A stretch of DNA of 64,000 bases from Amphiscolops sp. MND2022 (Eukaryota). The stretch lies in assembly GCA_964187785.1 (NCBI GenBank), contig OZ076413.1:50346001-50410000 (forward strand). Direction: 5' to 3'. The translations under genes and the position numbers were made by a program. This document shows, in pieces, positions 22,945-33,734 of this stretch. Numbering within the stretch: position 1 is the stretch's first letter; the number at the start of each line of letters is the position of its first letter. The notes under the pieces were generated by a model that ran no database searches, was not told the origin of the DNA, and saw nothing but the letters and a program-made list of their open reading frames with translations.

Positions 22945-25900
22945 AGGACGCGTATCCCCTCCCACGCATCGATGAAAGCCTTTCACGCTTGGGTAAGGCC
23001 AAGATTTACACCAGTATTGATTTGGCCTGGGCTTTCTGGCAGATACCAGTGCGCAAAGCAGATAGGCAGAAAACGGCCTTTGCTTGCGAGCTGGGTTTGT
23101 TTGAGTGGAGACGGATGCCCTTTGGGATGTGTAACGCTTCAGCTACTTTCCAGCGAGCCATAGCGCGAGCGGTACGGAAAATTGTGAACCGGGAAGGAAG
23201 CATGGTGATGGCGTACATTGACGACATCGTCATTGCTACCGAGACAGTCGAGGACCACATGGTACGCTTACGCGAGGTATTTGAATGTCTGCGCGAAGCT
23301 GGCTTCAAAATGAGAGTCGCTAAGTGCGACTTTATGAAGTCGGAAATCAAGTACCTGGGACGTGTGGTCTCTGCCGAAGGTATCAAACCTCATCCTAAAG
23401 CAGTGGCAAAACTACGCGATTGGGAAGTACCGAGGAACAAAACGGAGATGCAAAGCTTTTTGGGCTTCGCCAACTATTATCGAGAGTTCATTCCCTGGCA
23501 TGCCAAGCTTGTGGCCCCCTTGCATGCTATTACCGGCCTGGGCGCAACTTTCGCCTGGGGGGATGAGCAGCAACAGGCTTTCAACGCCGTCAAATTGGCT
23601 TTGATTGAGGCAACTGCCTTGGCGCAACCGGACTCGGAGGGCGAATTTGTGCTGGACACTGATGCCAGTGCTGTTGCAATTTCCGGCATTTTGCATCAGT
23701 GGCAGGGTCCTCCGGGCGAAAAGCGCCTGAGACCAATTGTGTATGGTAGCAAGAAGTTGAATGCCACTCAAGCGAAGTATGGCGCTCCCAAGCTTGAAAT
23801 GTACGCAGCTTATTATTTCATCTTGAAGAATCACAGTTATCTCTGCTCCAGAAAGTTCATCCTTCGGGTTGACAATCAAGCTCTCTCTTGGCTCAAAACG
23901 TATTCCACTGATCAGGCCTTGATTGGACGATGGATTATGGCACTCGAGAAGTACCATTTCAAAGTGGAGCATCGTCCCAGGACACAGCATAGGAATGCCG
24001 ATGGCCTCAGTAAACGAACCAATGATTATCGGTGGCGAGAGAAGCAGCTCGAGAAGCTGCCAGCTGTGACAGGCAAATGGAATTTCCTCTCACAGGAGGA
24101 GTTTGACCAGCTGTCCATGGCACCTTGGTTCGATTTGCATGGTCGGGTGATACCCAATCACCCCCAAATGCCCGCTCACTTGCGGAACACTAAACCAGAC
24201 CCCACAAATGCAGTTTGTCGTGTTGCACGACGGCGTAAGCGCCGTCAGGACGCTGAGAAAAGGGAGAGGGCGCTACGCGCTCCTCTACCTGAGGCACCAG
24301 TGCCTACATTGCAAGCTCACGAAGACTTCTATCCAGATTATCCTGAGGACTGGATTGACGTCAGTGAAGAGGCTAGGCAAGATTACTTGCTGCCTACACA
24401 TGTGGCAAATATCCCCTCACGCATGACATATGCCCTTGACGAAACAGTGGAGCAAGCCATGGCTTCCGCTCCAACGGTGGTTCGGCAAGCTGCCCTAGCC
24501 ATCAAAGACATAGACACGGAACTTCATGAACATGCCAACACGGTGCATGGCATCAAGGATCTGCTTTTGGCGCAGAATCGTGATGTGCATGTGCTAGCCA
24601 TAAAGAAGTTGGTAGCACAAGAGTCTATTGATCATGACGTTTTTCCTGACGATGTGCGTGCGTTCGCACGTAACTATTACAAGCAGAAAAAAGATCTCCT
24701 GTTTGTGAACCAAAATGGAATTCTTTGTGTTGAGTATCCACCTCAGCAACGTCCACTGCACGAACGTCCGTGCATGATTGTAATGCCACAATTGTACCAG
24801 CATGAAATTTTGTTTCGTGCTCATGATGCCATGGGCCACCAAGGCATTGCAAAGGTGGTTTCGCGAATCCAAGAACGCCACACCTGGCCAGGTATTCGCC
24901 GCAGTGTTGGTCAGTACGTGAGTCAGTGCCTCACGTGCCAGCAAGTACGTGACAGGCCGGGTGAAGTTCGGTTTCACTTGAAAAATATCCAAAGTGGGTA
25001 TTTCAATGAGTTGGTCCAGTATGACCATCTGAAAATATGCCCCTCCGATAACAATAACACCGGCATATTGGTGATAATTGACCATTTCTCCAAGTTTGCG
25101 GAGGCTGTACCTTGTAGCCATGAAGACTACGATGCCGTGACCACGTCTAGGTTGCTTTTGCAGAAATGGTTCGCCAGACACGGCACGCCTACGCGGATGC
25201 AATCAGACAATGCCCCCAACTTGACTGCAGAGGTATCCAATGAGTTCATGAGGGCATCTCAGGTCACAAAAGTCACCTCTACAGCGGGTCATCCGCGCAT
25301 CCAAGGCCTGGTTGAACGACAAAATCGGACTTTGCTGACTTTGTTGCGGGTATTCTGCTCGCGTCGCATGAGAGATTGGGACCAGCATTTGGATGAAGTC
25401 ATGGGAGCGTATAACTCAACGCGCCATGCCACGACTGGGTTTTCACCCTACATGCAGACCCGAGGGACCGAAAAGGCTATTCCTCTCACCTATCTGTATC
25501 CGGAGTTCGCAGCCAGATCATTTGAATCGCACGGAGCTTATGTGGAGCATATTCTTGCTCGCCAGCAAGAGATTCATGACTTGGTGCGTAGAAACACGCA
25601 TCAGGCGCAACAACGTCAAAAGCTAAAGTACGATCGAGCTATTCGTGCAAACGCATACAATGTGGGAGACCCCGTTTGGGTATTCTGCCGCTATGTACCT
25701 CAAAAAGGATCACCGAAGTTGTTGAGAGCTTGGCGTGGTCCGCACAAGGTTGTCCATGTACTACAAGATGGCCGCGTGTATATCCTGGACTCAGGACAAA
25801 AAGTGCACTTTGAGCGGCTGAAACCTCATCATGGTGGCCCTACGGAGTTTGTTGCGCTTCCCTCGGGGAGTGGCGAAGTGGTCGTGGTCATGGATCCTGA

Positions 25901-27365
25901 GCCTGAGCACTCTGCTGAGGAGATCCGAGATGAATGCTCACAACCCTCATATCGCGAGGAAGAACCGCTCTCTGAAGCATCAGATGTATCGCTACCATCA
26001 AGGAGACGCCACTGGATGGACACCAGGTTGCGTACTAGAATGCGAGCTGGAGGCAGTCGTCTCCACTATCAGCAATTTGACTATTCCAGTTCCGACTCAG
26101 AGCGTTCGCGCTCTGACGACTTGCTGTCAGATGCCCGAGATCATTCCCAGGAAGAACCTCCGGCGCTATTCGAAGCTTCAATGCCTCCCGATGAACAACC
26201 TCGGTCATTTGAACCTGCCAATGACTACGAGCTTCCATTTTTATCCGAATCTGAAGTTATTCCGGAAGTACCTCAATCGCAAGATATTCCCGTTGCAACT
26301 CGAGAAGCCGAAGTATCACTAGCGGGTGCATCTGCTCCTCTGTTGACAAATCCTACATTGACGGATGTGCCTATTAGTATTCCCCAATTGCCGAATGGTA
26401 CCTCCAACCTCCAAAACACTGAAACCCGTGACACCGAGTTATCCAACACCAACGAGCCAACTGCTCGGAACAATGTCCCTAGCACGCGTGGCAGGGGCAG
26501 ATCGCGAGCTGCTCTATCTCGTTGTTCGACACGAGCAACAAATTCCCGGTCGCAGAACGTGAGCGTGAGCGCTCAAAGAACTCCCAATCGCAGAGGACGT
26601 CCTCGAGGACGACCTCCTCGGAGGCCACGAGGACACACTATTTCTTCACGGCAAACAGCTCGTGAAAATGACACACAGCTATCGATTACATCGGATTCTG
26701 ACTCTGATGCGCCCACCGCGCAGCTTACATCCGATGTTGACCAAGGCGCGACGCAGGTTCACCCACACTATGGCTTACGCCGGAATCGAGTACCTCGATA
26801 TCGATGTGGAACCTGTGGGCTTCGCTATTGCACTTGTGTCATGGCTCTGAACAAATCGCCCACTATCCCACTTGGACCTGTGAAAGCTCCGGTGGATCCA
26901 AAGCCTCAACCTTTTATCCACAATGGTAAACTTCTTGTCAGTCGCGTTGTCATCCGCGCAGAGAAGACATACACCGGTCTAGAACGAGAACGTATCTTCC
27001 CTGTAGACGTCGTGCTGGAAGAATTATCTAAATACAAGATTGCTGAGGAACCTTGTCCTCGCTTCAAAGAGTGGACAAGCGATCTCCGCGGATTGGAATT
27101 CACGCTGGCCGTCACAGTGCCTCCTGTCACTCCTAACATTGTATTTGGACCTTTCAATTATGAGAGGGAACCCATCCAAATGGTCCGCTGTATCACCGCT
27201 GACCTCCTATCTGACAAATACGGCATCACCTGTCAGCCTGGTGAAGTGTATCGCCCAGCCCAATATTGGTGGTTGCTTGTAACTCCCCCACATGCTCACT
27301 CTTTGGTCCAGCCTGACAGCTTGCGGAGCTGTCTAGAGAGTTTGCGGACTGACTGTTGTCACTGA
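22884..27365 (+). CDS. pol: Pol part 2 of element B: RT, RNase H, integrase and long C-terminal tail (frameshifted from part 1 by a deletion)
   Basis: YPLPRID, MPFGMCNA and YIDD (RT); LDTDAS (RNase H); H..MGH...C..C zinc finger, QYDH/IDHFSK/SDN/VERQNRT integrase core and WRGPHKV. The expected RFCxDFRxLN motif is missing at ~22931. Confidence 0.95.
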   Translation: MGEWDCDGKKEKWGVAIVTIKDAYPLPRIDESLSRLGKAKIYTSIDLAWAFWQIPVRKADRQKTAFACELGLFEWRRMPFGMCNASATFQRAIARAVRKIVNREGSMVMAYIDDIVIATETVEDHMVRLREVFECLREAGFKMRVAKCDFMKSEIKYLGRVVSAEGIKPHPKAVAKLRDWEVPRNKTEMQSFLGFANYYREFIPWHAKLVAPLHAITGLGATFAWGDEQQQAFNAVKLALIEATALAQPDSEGEFVLDTDASAVAISGILHQWQGPPGEKRLRPIVYGSKKLNATQAKYGAPKLEMYAAYYFILKNHSYLCSRKFILRVDNQALSWLKTYSTDQALIGRWIMALEKYHFKVEHRPRTQHRNADGLSKRTNDYRWREKQLEKLPAVTGKWNFLSQEEFDQLSMAPWFDLHGRVIPNHPQMPAHLRNTKPDPTNAVCRVARRRKRRQDAEKRERALRAPLPEAPVPTLQAHEDFYPDYPEDWIDVSEEARQDYLLPTHVANIPSRMTYALDETVEQAMASAPTVVRQAALAIKDIDTELHEHANTVHGIKDLLLAQNRDVHVLAIKKLVAQESIDHDVFPDDVRAFARNYYKQKKDLLFVNQNGILCVEYPPQQRPLHERPCMIVMPQLYQHEILFRAHDAMGHQGIAKVVSRIQERHTWPGIRRSVGQYVSQCLTCQQVRDRPGEVRFHLKNIQSGYFNELVQYDHLKICPSDNNNTGILVIIDHFSKFAEAVPCSHEDYDAVTTSRLLLQKWFARHGTPTRMQSDNAPNLTAEVSNEFMRASQVTKVTSTAGHPRIQGLVERQNRTLLTLLRVFCSRRMRDWDQHLDEVMGAYNSTRHATTGFSPYMQTRGTEKAIPLTYLYPEFAARSFESHGAYVEHILARQQEIHDLVRRNTHQAQQRQKLKYDRAIRANAYNVGDPVWVFCRYVPQKGSPKLLRAWRGPHKVVHVLQDGRVYILDSGQKVHFERLKPHHGGPTEFVALPSGSGEVVVVMDPEPEHSAEEIRDECSQPSYREEEPLSEASDVSLPSRRRHWMDTRLRTRMRAGGSRLHYQQFDYSSSDSERSRSDDLLSDARDHSQEEPPALFEASMPPDEQPRSFEPANDYELPFLSESEVIPEVPQSQDIPVATREAEVSLAGASAPLLTNPTLTDVPISIPQLPNGTSNLQNTETRDTELSNTNEPTARNNVPSTRGRGRSRAALSRCSTRATNSRSQNVSVSAQRTPNRRGRPRGRPPRRPRGHTISSRQTARENDTQLSITSDSDSDAPTAQLTSDVDQGATQVHPHYGLRRNRVPRYRCGTCGLRYCTCVMALNKSPTIPLGPVKAPVDPKPQPFIHNGKLLVSRVVIRAEKTYTGLERERIFPVDVVLEELSKYKIAEEPCPRFKEWTSDLRGLEFTLAVTVPPVTPNIVFGPFNYEREPIQMVRCITADLLSDKYGITCQPGEVYRPAQYWWLLVTPPHAHSLVQPDSLRSCLESLRTDCCH

Positions 27366-27375
27366 GGAACTCATT

Positions 27376-28176
27376 TTGTGCTTCCACGTCGTTGATCTTT
27401 ATCGTGGAAAACTACGGTTCCGATGGTGGCTAGAGCTGAATATCACTTTGTTCGCCAGCTTCCCTCGTATCCGCCTTTTGGATGATTGGACCCATTCCTT
27501 CACCGAGCCTGTAACGATCCACACTGCACTTGGCATCCTGGATTCATGGTCAACAGCAAATGTGGATAATCAGTCCCTGTCGAGGTCCGGATGGCAGGAT
27601 CTATCTGCTATTCGTGGACAGAACCATATAGACCCAGCTGATGAAAAAGGTCCCGGACGTCAGATTGTGTTTCCGGGTGCCCTACGACCAAATTTGGTCG
27701 ACTACTTTGTTTACGAGCAAACAGATTTCTTGCAAGTGCAGGGCCACGTAGCAATTTGCTGCCCTGCAGACCTTAATACCAATTCTGCTGCCTTGCGCTA
27801 CATTCTTCGCGAGTGTGGCAGCGACAAAATATTCCAACTTCGCCCAACAGTTGGTGAAGTCCTAACTATCCCATCCTCATTGTCGTTTATTGATAATCAA
27901 GTTATTCACCTAATGATAACACGCCCCTCCCAGCGTTCACCACAAATCACCGATGACTTTTTCTTATGCTTGGAGCACTTGAAAGCTTCATTATTGTCCA
28001 ACGAAGCCCCTGATATTCACTTCCCTATAGTGGACCCTGAACGCCCACTTCGCAGTTTGGACAATTTTTATCATAGTGTCATGGACGTTTTTGCAGGAAC
28101 TTATATCACTGTATTTCTGCATGATCGCGTCTATGTCTCCATTGCCAGTATAGAACAATTTCCTGGCATCACTTAG
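27376..28176 (+). CDS. Frameshifted C-terminal continuation of B Pol with a TARG1/OARD1-like macrodomain
   Basis: YEQTDFLQ...VAICCPADL...VGEV...IHLMITR...CLEHLK...DIHFPIV...DVFAGTYITVF aligns by eye with the OARD1 pattern YVKGDLF/LAHCISED/GEV/YYLITK/SLEAMK/LSMPRIG/EVFEATDIKITV. Confidence 0.7.
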   Translation: MCFHVVDLYRGKLRFRWWLELNITLFASFPRIRLLDDWTHSFTEPVTIHTALGILDSWSTANVDNQSLSRSGWQDLSAIRGQNHIDPADEKGPGRQIVFPGALRPNLVDYFVYEQTDFLQVQGHVAICCPADLNTNSAALRYILRECGSDKIFQLRPTVGEVLTIPSSLSFIDNQVIHLMITRPSQRSPQITDDFFLCLEHLKASLLSNEAPDIHFPIVDPERPLRSLDNFYHSVMDVFAGTYITVFLHDRVYVSIASIEQFPGIT

Positions 28177-29295
28177 CTTCAACGTAAAATTTTTTTGTTA
28201 ATTTTCTATCTGCTATCTTGGTTTCTCATGCTTAATACGCGTTGCTTGTTACCTTCTGGTAGCATGCGTTGAAATCCATTGCCAGAACCACACTCCACTT
28301 CTTTTCAAGGGGGGAAGGGGTGTCTTCAACGCCCAATCCATCCTCTCGCATTTTCTTCGCTTTTTTGTTAGTCACTGCTATCTTTAGATTAATGAAGGTG
28401 CTCAACGATTAAAGCCCGGGGAGCCCCAGTGCAATAAATAACCCAAAAACTCTAAATGTATTGCTACGCCCGAAAGGTGCTTTTTTGTTTTTCTTTTCCA
28501 AGATTTCCAGAAGTTTCCTCCAGATTCCAACGTGATATCCGGAAAAATAAGGAGCGCGCGCGCTCCTGATCTGCAAATGGTCACTTTTGATCTACCTTTG
28601 TCTGCTTTACTCCAGCGCTTACTCTTACGAGCAGTTCGTAGTTTGCTTCTGATGCGCTCCTTGACAAATGCTACTGAACTCTATACAGGTATGGAGCTGC
28701 ACATCAGTGCGTGTTGCCCAAACCAAGCCGAACTGTAAAAAAAGTATCAAAGAAACAGCTTGTCCTCCTTTTAAACAGTGGTTTCACTGCTGAAAAGAAG
28801 TTTTAGCGAAAATAACTTTTAACTGTGCTGCAAACTGAAATTTTATTGCCGTTGAAAAGATGTTTGGCTGAGAACCACGTGCGCTTTGGAGCGTGAGCGC
28901 TCCGTAAAAGAAATTTTAGACGTCCAAAAACCAAAGTGCTAGCAGTATCCTATTCAGACTTTTGCAGAAAACTGAAAACTCGTGCTAAAAAAGTGGTGCT
29001 TTTTTGATTGATGTATGGAATCTTGGATCTGATCAATTTCAAGGTGCATTTTTGAGTACTGGTTTTCTAGCTCTCGAGCTAGTTCTGTTTCAACAGTTTC
29101 TGGACGATGCAGGTTCTCTGGATGGCTAGAAGCAAGACCTCATGGTTGCCCAATCAGCAAAAGATGACAGTGCCACTGGACCGTTGCAACATCACCAGTT
29201 TGAGACCCCCGTGGATTACACTCATGAGGTGGCGATGTATTCAATGCCAGCCTCTCCGCATGACAGGGACGTCATGCATAAAGCCCGGGGAGTGA

Positions 29296-30068
29296 TGTAA
29301 CGGCAAGCTCTGGTACAGCAATATCAACCGATTTTGCAACTTTGACATGTTCAGAAATTTTGTCAAAAATTCTAATCCGATGTGTGACGTGGCACTGAGC
29401 ATGTGATTGCTCTTTTCGCTGTTTCCACGAAATTGGCAGGTACTTCGACAACAAAGAGCAAGAACGAGTAAAAATACGGGCGCGCCGCCATGACAGAAGC
29501 CAGAGACGGCAAGAACATCCGAAAATAGACTCTTTTTGAGGTGCTAACACCGGTTTTATCGATTTTCAGCATTATGCTACCCTATGTAGCGGAAACCGTA
29601 AAAATGAGTCTTTTCGCCTAAAGATCCTTGTTTGGTGCTTGGAGCCCCTGCGCCCCAGCTTTTTAGCTGTGTGGTTTGCCATATTCGTGCCTGTTTTCAT
29701 GTATTTTCAGTGATTTTGGCTGTATTCACTAGCGCTAGCGCTAGTTTAGATCTTATCCCCCAATTTTAGATCTTATTCACATGTCACCCTGGAACTGGAA
29801 ATTTACCTTATTCTTGGCATTGTTTTTATATGCTAGTTAAGCGGTGGTCTTTAGAGAGCCAGAAAGATGCCCGTTACTATTAGCAATCAAAGACTAGGAC
29901 CGGTTGGACAGTATTCGTCGAAGCACCCGCGGCCCCGGGACGTATTTCACCCCTGGAGGCAAAATGGATCTGTGGCGATGGGCGCCTGTCCCGAGCGATT
30001 CACCCATTCCTGCAGGTTCCTCCACCTCTGTTAACGCGTTAAGCGACCGATAACTGCTTGCCGTTACA
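29296..30068 (+). repeat. 3' LTR of element B (773 bp)
   Basis: Direct copy of 14588-15355. Confidence 0.95.
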
Positions 30069-30438
30069 GTTTATAGCGTATTTGGATAATGTTTGACCTA
30101 CTAGGTCCTCATTTTAGTCCTTATTCACTCAATATAATGTATTTCAGCTAGACACCTTTTTGGACCTCGGAAGTATGTAGGAACTCGTAGGAACGTGCTA
30201 GAAACCTTAGGATACGTTTTTACAGGCTTGTGGGGCGTGTCCGGACTTTGAGAGTGCCGGCGCGTCGCTTCGGAGCTCTAACTAGAGAAGCCTCCTTAGA
30301 CGATAGAAAAGTCCCCCTTGGAGACCATTTTGGGATCAAAAACTAGTGTCTAGGTATGTAGTAAGACAACGGTCTCCTGTTTAAGCATCCTAGGCATTGT
30401 CCCTCTTCCTAGATGTGCGTCGCTAGCCGGTCGTTACA
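30069..30438 (+). repeat. 3' LTR of element A, right half
   Basis: Matches 9910-10279 and ends CGTTACA. Confidence 0.93.
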
Positions 30439-31529
30439 ATACGAACATAATTATAGTCAAAATGCGTGAATATTATTTTGTTCAAGCGGAAAACTACTCT
30501 AGTAGAAGTTAACTTCCTGTTGTGAAAGAAGGTTTTACTTTTAATTAGGATAGTCTAAGGTTTTTAAGGAAAGTTGTTTTTAAAAATTTTGGTGGTGAGG
30601 GGGGGGGAACAGAAAAGAACCAAAAAAAACTGGTCGAGCATACATGGTGTAGAATTGGTCGAAGAGCAACTCGCCAAAAATCCTGCGGGGGAGCTTGAAT
30701 CCATAGAAAACAAATCAGCCAAATTCAGTGCTAATTTTGTGATTCTATTGTATTACCATCAAAATTGTTATTGCAGTATAAACTATAAATATAAGTCATT
30801 TCAAGCAATTATTCAACTGAAATGCTATATTATGCTTAAAGATGACAATTTCACGCATCAAATAAGGAGAATTATTTCATAATTAGCACTTCGAAATAAT
30901 ATCTATAGGAAGCTTTTTTCTTGTTGCTTAAAAACAGTCAGTTGATTACCTGCAAGTTTGCGCCCTTCAATTTCGACGAGTTGTTTTTGGCAAGTTTTCC
31001 GCATACCAGTTCGAAAAGCTAGTGATAAACTTCTTGGACGATTTTTTTACTTTGATTGTTTTCTCTCCATTTTTTTCACGAGGAAAACCTCAACACAATT
31101 CAGTTCTCTTACAACTTTTCTGATTGGATTTCATTTATGGAATATTTGCTGAACTTTTCAAAGATTAGGAACATGTATGATATTGATCTTAAATGGTCGT
31201 AAAAGAAACGAGCAATTTCATAATGGTCTTCATCGTCGGTGGTATCCATCACTGAGAATGTAATGAGAGTTATCAAGGATGATTCATCACCGAAGTCATC
31301 CTATATTCCTCATGACGTCATGAAATTGAGAGTGCCATGAAAAATCTGAGCTAATGGATGAAATATTTGAAAGCATTGAATCAGAGCCGTTCAAGAAGAA
31401 TTTTTTTGTGCGATGTTCAGAATCCTAAATAAAAACAGGTGGTTTGGAGCTTTGTTTCTATTTTAATGCTTTATGTTCACGGCCATAGAAACTTCTCAAT
31501 TTGCAGCAGAGTTTTTGTCTGCATAGTGA

Positions 31530-31720
31530 TGTAAATCTTGCAAGAAATACTTCTTGGTGATGCAAGTCTTTCAAGAATCTTGCAAGATTCTTGCAAGATA
31601 TGACTTTTCTGTCAGATTCTTGCAAGATTTGCTTTTTCTGTCAGAATCTTGCAAGATTTACATTTTTCATGATTGTCTTGCAAGAATCTTGCAAGACATG
31701 CATTTTTTCTCAACCAGGGA
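31530..31720. repeat. TCTTGCAAGA palindromic-unit repeat (small MITE-like remnant)
   Basis: About 7 copies of (T)CTTGCAAGA, ending CAACCAGGG. Related units occur at ~5845-5895. Confidence 0.6.
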
Positions 31721-32417
31721 TGCCACCAAAAACTAGACATGATGGGCAGGCACCCTGGGATGCAATGGAGAATGAGATAACAGAGCATATTTAGGTTTCG
31801 TTTTAGGTGCCTTCTAGGACTGTCGAGCACCCAAAATTCGATATCTTGAAGTTTTTGGCGATATCCAGGTATTTGTATTGCAAAACCTGATAATTGTTTT
31901 TGGAGCAGGCCAATATTCCACGTTTCAATAAATAATGATATAACTGAAATCCTGGCGTCCATCGATGATGCTTCACATTTCGCTACTTTTGAGTTGAAAC
32001 TACAAGTTGTAACTACTGGAACCATCTACGTGTTTTTGCATGTTGCCAAGCTTAGTGCTCGTGATTTTATAAATCTGAAGGACACTTTCTCTGTAATGCT
32101 TGATATTTACTAACTGCCTGGAAGATGTTAAATTTAGCTTCCTAAATTTACCACCTGAAAGATGTTAGTGATTGTTTAATGCATCTTTAATGATTCAATA
32201 ATGCATCCTTCTAAATATGGCGACAATTCGAAACTGTGAATTTGTGCCGTTTTTAGTTTGCGATTTCCAGTATTTTCGAATGCAGTTGAGGCCTCATCAA
32301 GTTTTACGCCAAATGTAATTTTTTTGCAATCACGTGACCATTTCCAGCGCTCTCGACCAACGTTCTCAAAATTTATGACCCTGGAATCTCTTTAGAGAGA
32401 ATATATTCGCATGAAAT

Positions 32418-33720
32418 TGTCGGAATGACCATTGGCACTAGGCTTTGCCATGTTAAGTCCATTCCCTTCTCTATGATTAGAGGATATCTGTTGTGTCAGT
32501 GCGAGAACTAAGTCGGTCAGTTCTCTAATTTGTCTATTCATCTCGTAGAATCTCTGATCGATCACGTTCCTTTCAACGTTATTTCGGTCGTTTAGGAGAT
32601 TGTCACTATCTAACTCCGTCATTTGTTCTCTAGATAAGATGTCTGGAAAACTCGCTTCGCTTTCATTGTCGCTTGTTCGATCCATATTTATATTTTCAGT
32701 TTGGAAATTTCTATTACTCTGTGACCTGGTAGTTACCATATAAACAAAATGATGGGGTTTTGAAGGTTTATTGTGTAACAATATTTGTAATCACGAAAAG
32801 TTTAATGTAATTCTAAGTGAAATTCAACAAGTCAAAGTAGTCAACTATGCAGTATGGATATCTCCGTAATTGTGTCCTCTCTGGTGTCGACGCCTTGCTG
32901 GTCCCGGCGTCTCGACACCTGTTGTGTCAACCAATCGTATTGCGCTCACTAGCAGGTGTTAATTAGCATCAATGCCGAATATGAACATAATGTAGGACCG
33001 GTCGTTTCAGTCGTTATAGCAACCGTTTTGGTTCGTTTGATCCAATTACAACAGCAACGTAATGTGTATGACTGCGCCTCTTAGTCATCATAGCACTCAA
33101 TTATGGTAGTTACCAATTTAGCCCAGAGAGCAAAACTGCATGATATGGTTGTCATGGTTATTTTATACTAGTGAAACGAAAGTGTACATGTTGAAATCTA
33201 ATAAAGTACATAATCACGTTTTAAATAATGGGTATGATGACTGAGTATTTCAGTCCTACATGTGTGGATACTTGGTCAAATATGAGATTTAATGTATTGA
33301 ACTGGTGAAATATGTTGTTGACGACTGATAACTTCAGTCATGGTTACATGTATATTTAGACAAATCGGGATAATAGACATTGATGACGGTACAGATACTC
33401 ATTGACAACTGACAATCCCAGTCGTTATTATATCAATATATAAGTGCACCGTAACTAGGAACATCATGATAGTGGTGAGTAACTTTGACGACAGAATATT
33501 TCAGTCATGTTTGCATGTAATTAACTAAAGTGGTCGTCGTTGCCCCAGAAAATATGAATTTGACGACTGGTTAAGCCAGTCGTCGTTTGTTTAACAGCAC
33601 TGCTTAGCAAAGGATTTATGGCTTTTAACGGTACATGACAACTTGGAATTCAAGGTATTTATTTAAATGAAACAGTTTTTCGAGTTCCCACTCCTTCCTT
33701 CATGCTGTTCGGGCATGACA
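32418..33720 (-). repeat. 3' LTR of element D
   Basis: Direct copy of 48198-49500, preceded on the minus strand by the PPT. Confidence 0.95.
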
Positions 33721-33734
33721 TTCCCCCCTTTCTT
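33721..33734 (-). promoter_or_regulatory. Polypurine tract of element D
   Basis: AAGAAAGGGGGGAA immediately before the TGTC of the 3' LTR. Confidence 0.9.

Larger units (their letters stand above)
14588..30068 (+). mobile_element. Full-length Gypsy (Metaviridae) LTR retrotransposon B, 15.5 kb, recent but defective
   Basis: LTRs 14588-15355 and 29296-30068 differ by about 4 substitutions and one 5-bp indel. PBS 15370-15386. Gene order gag-PR-RT-RH-IN. GTT target duplication. Confidence 0.95.
9538..30438 (+). mobile_element. Non-autonomous (LARD-like) LTR element A; its 3' LTR is interrupted by element B
   Basis: 5' LTR 9538-10279 and 3' LTR 14213-14587 + 30069-30438, with about 6 differences by eye. 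PBS 10296-10312. ATA on both flanks. The internal 10280-14212 has no gag/pol ORF. Confidence 0.9.

Noticed and set aside
23006..25388. Minus-strand ORFs of up to 202 aa overlapping B pol
   Set aside because: Shadow ORFs of a long, GC-balanced coding region.
27376..28176. env gene in the third-ORF position of B
   Set aside because: No signal peptide or transmembrane segment; it reads as a frameshifted macrodomain-like continuation of Pol.
32996..33581. Regularly spaced palindromes as a CRISPR array
   Set aside because: Only 5-bp half-sites are conserved, the array lies within a eukaryotic LTR present twice, and there are no cas genes.
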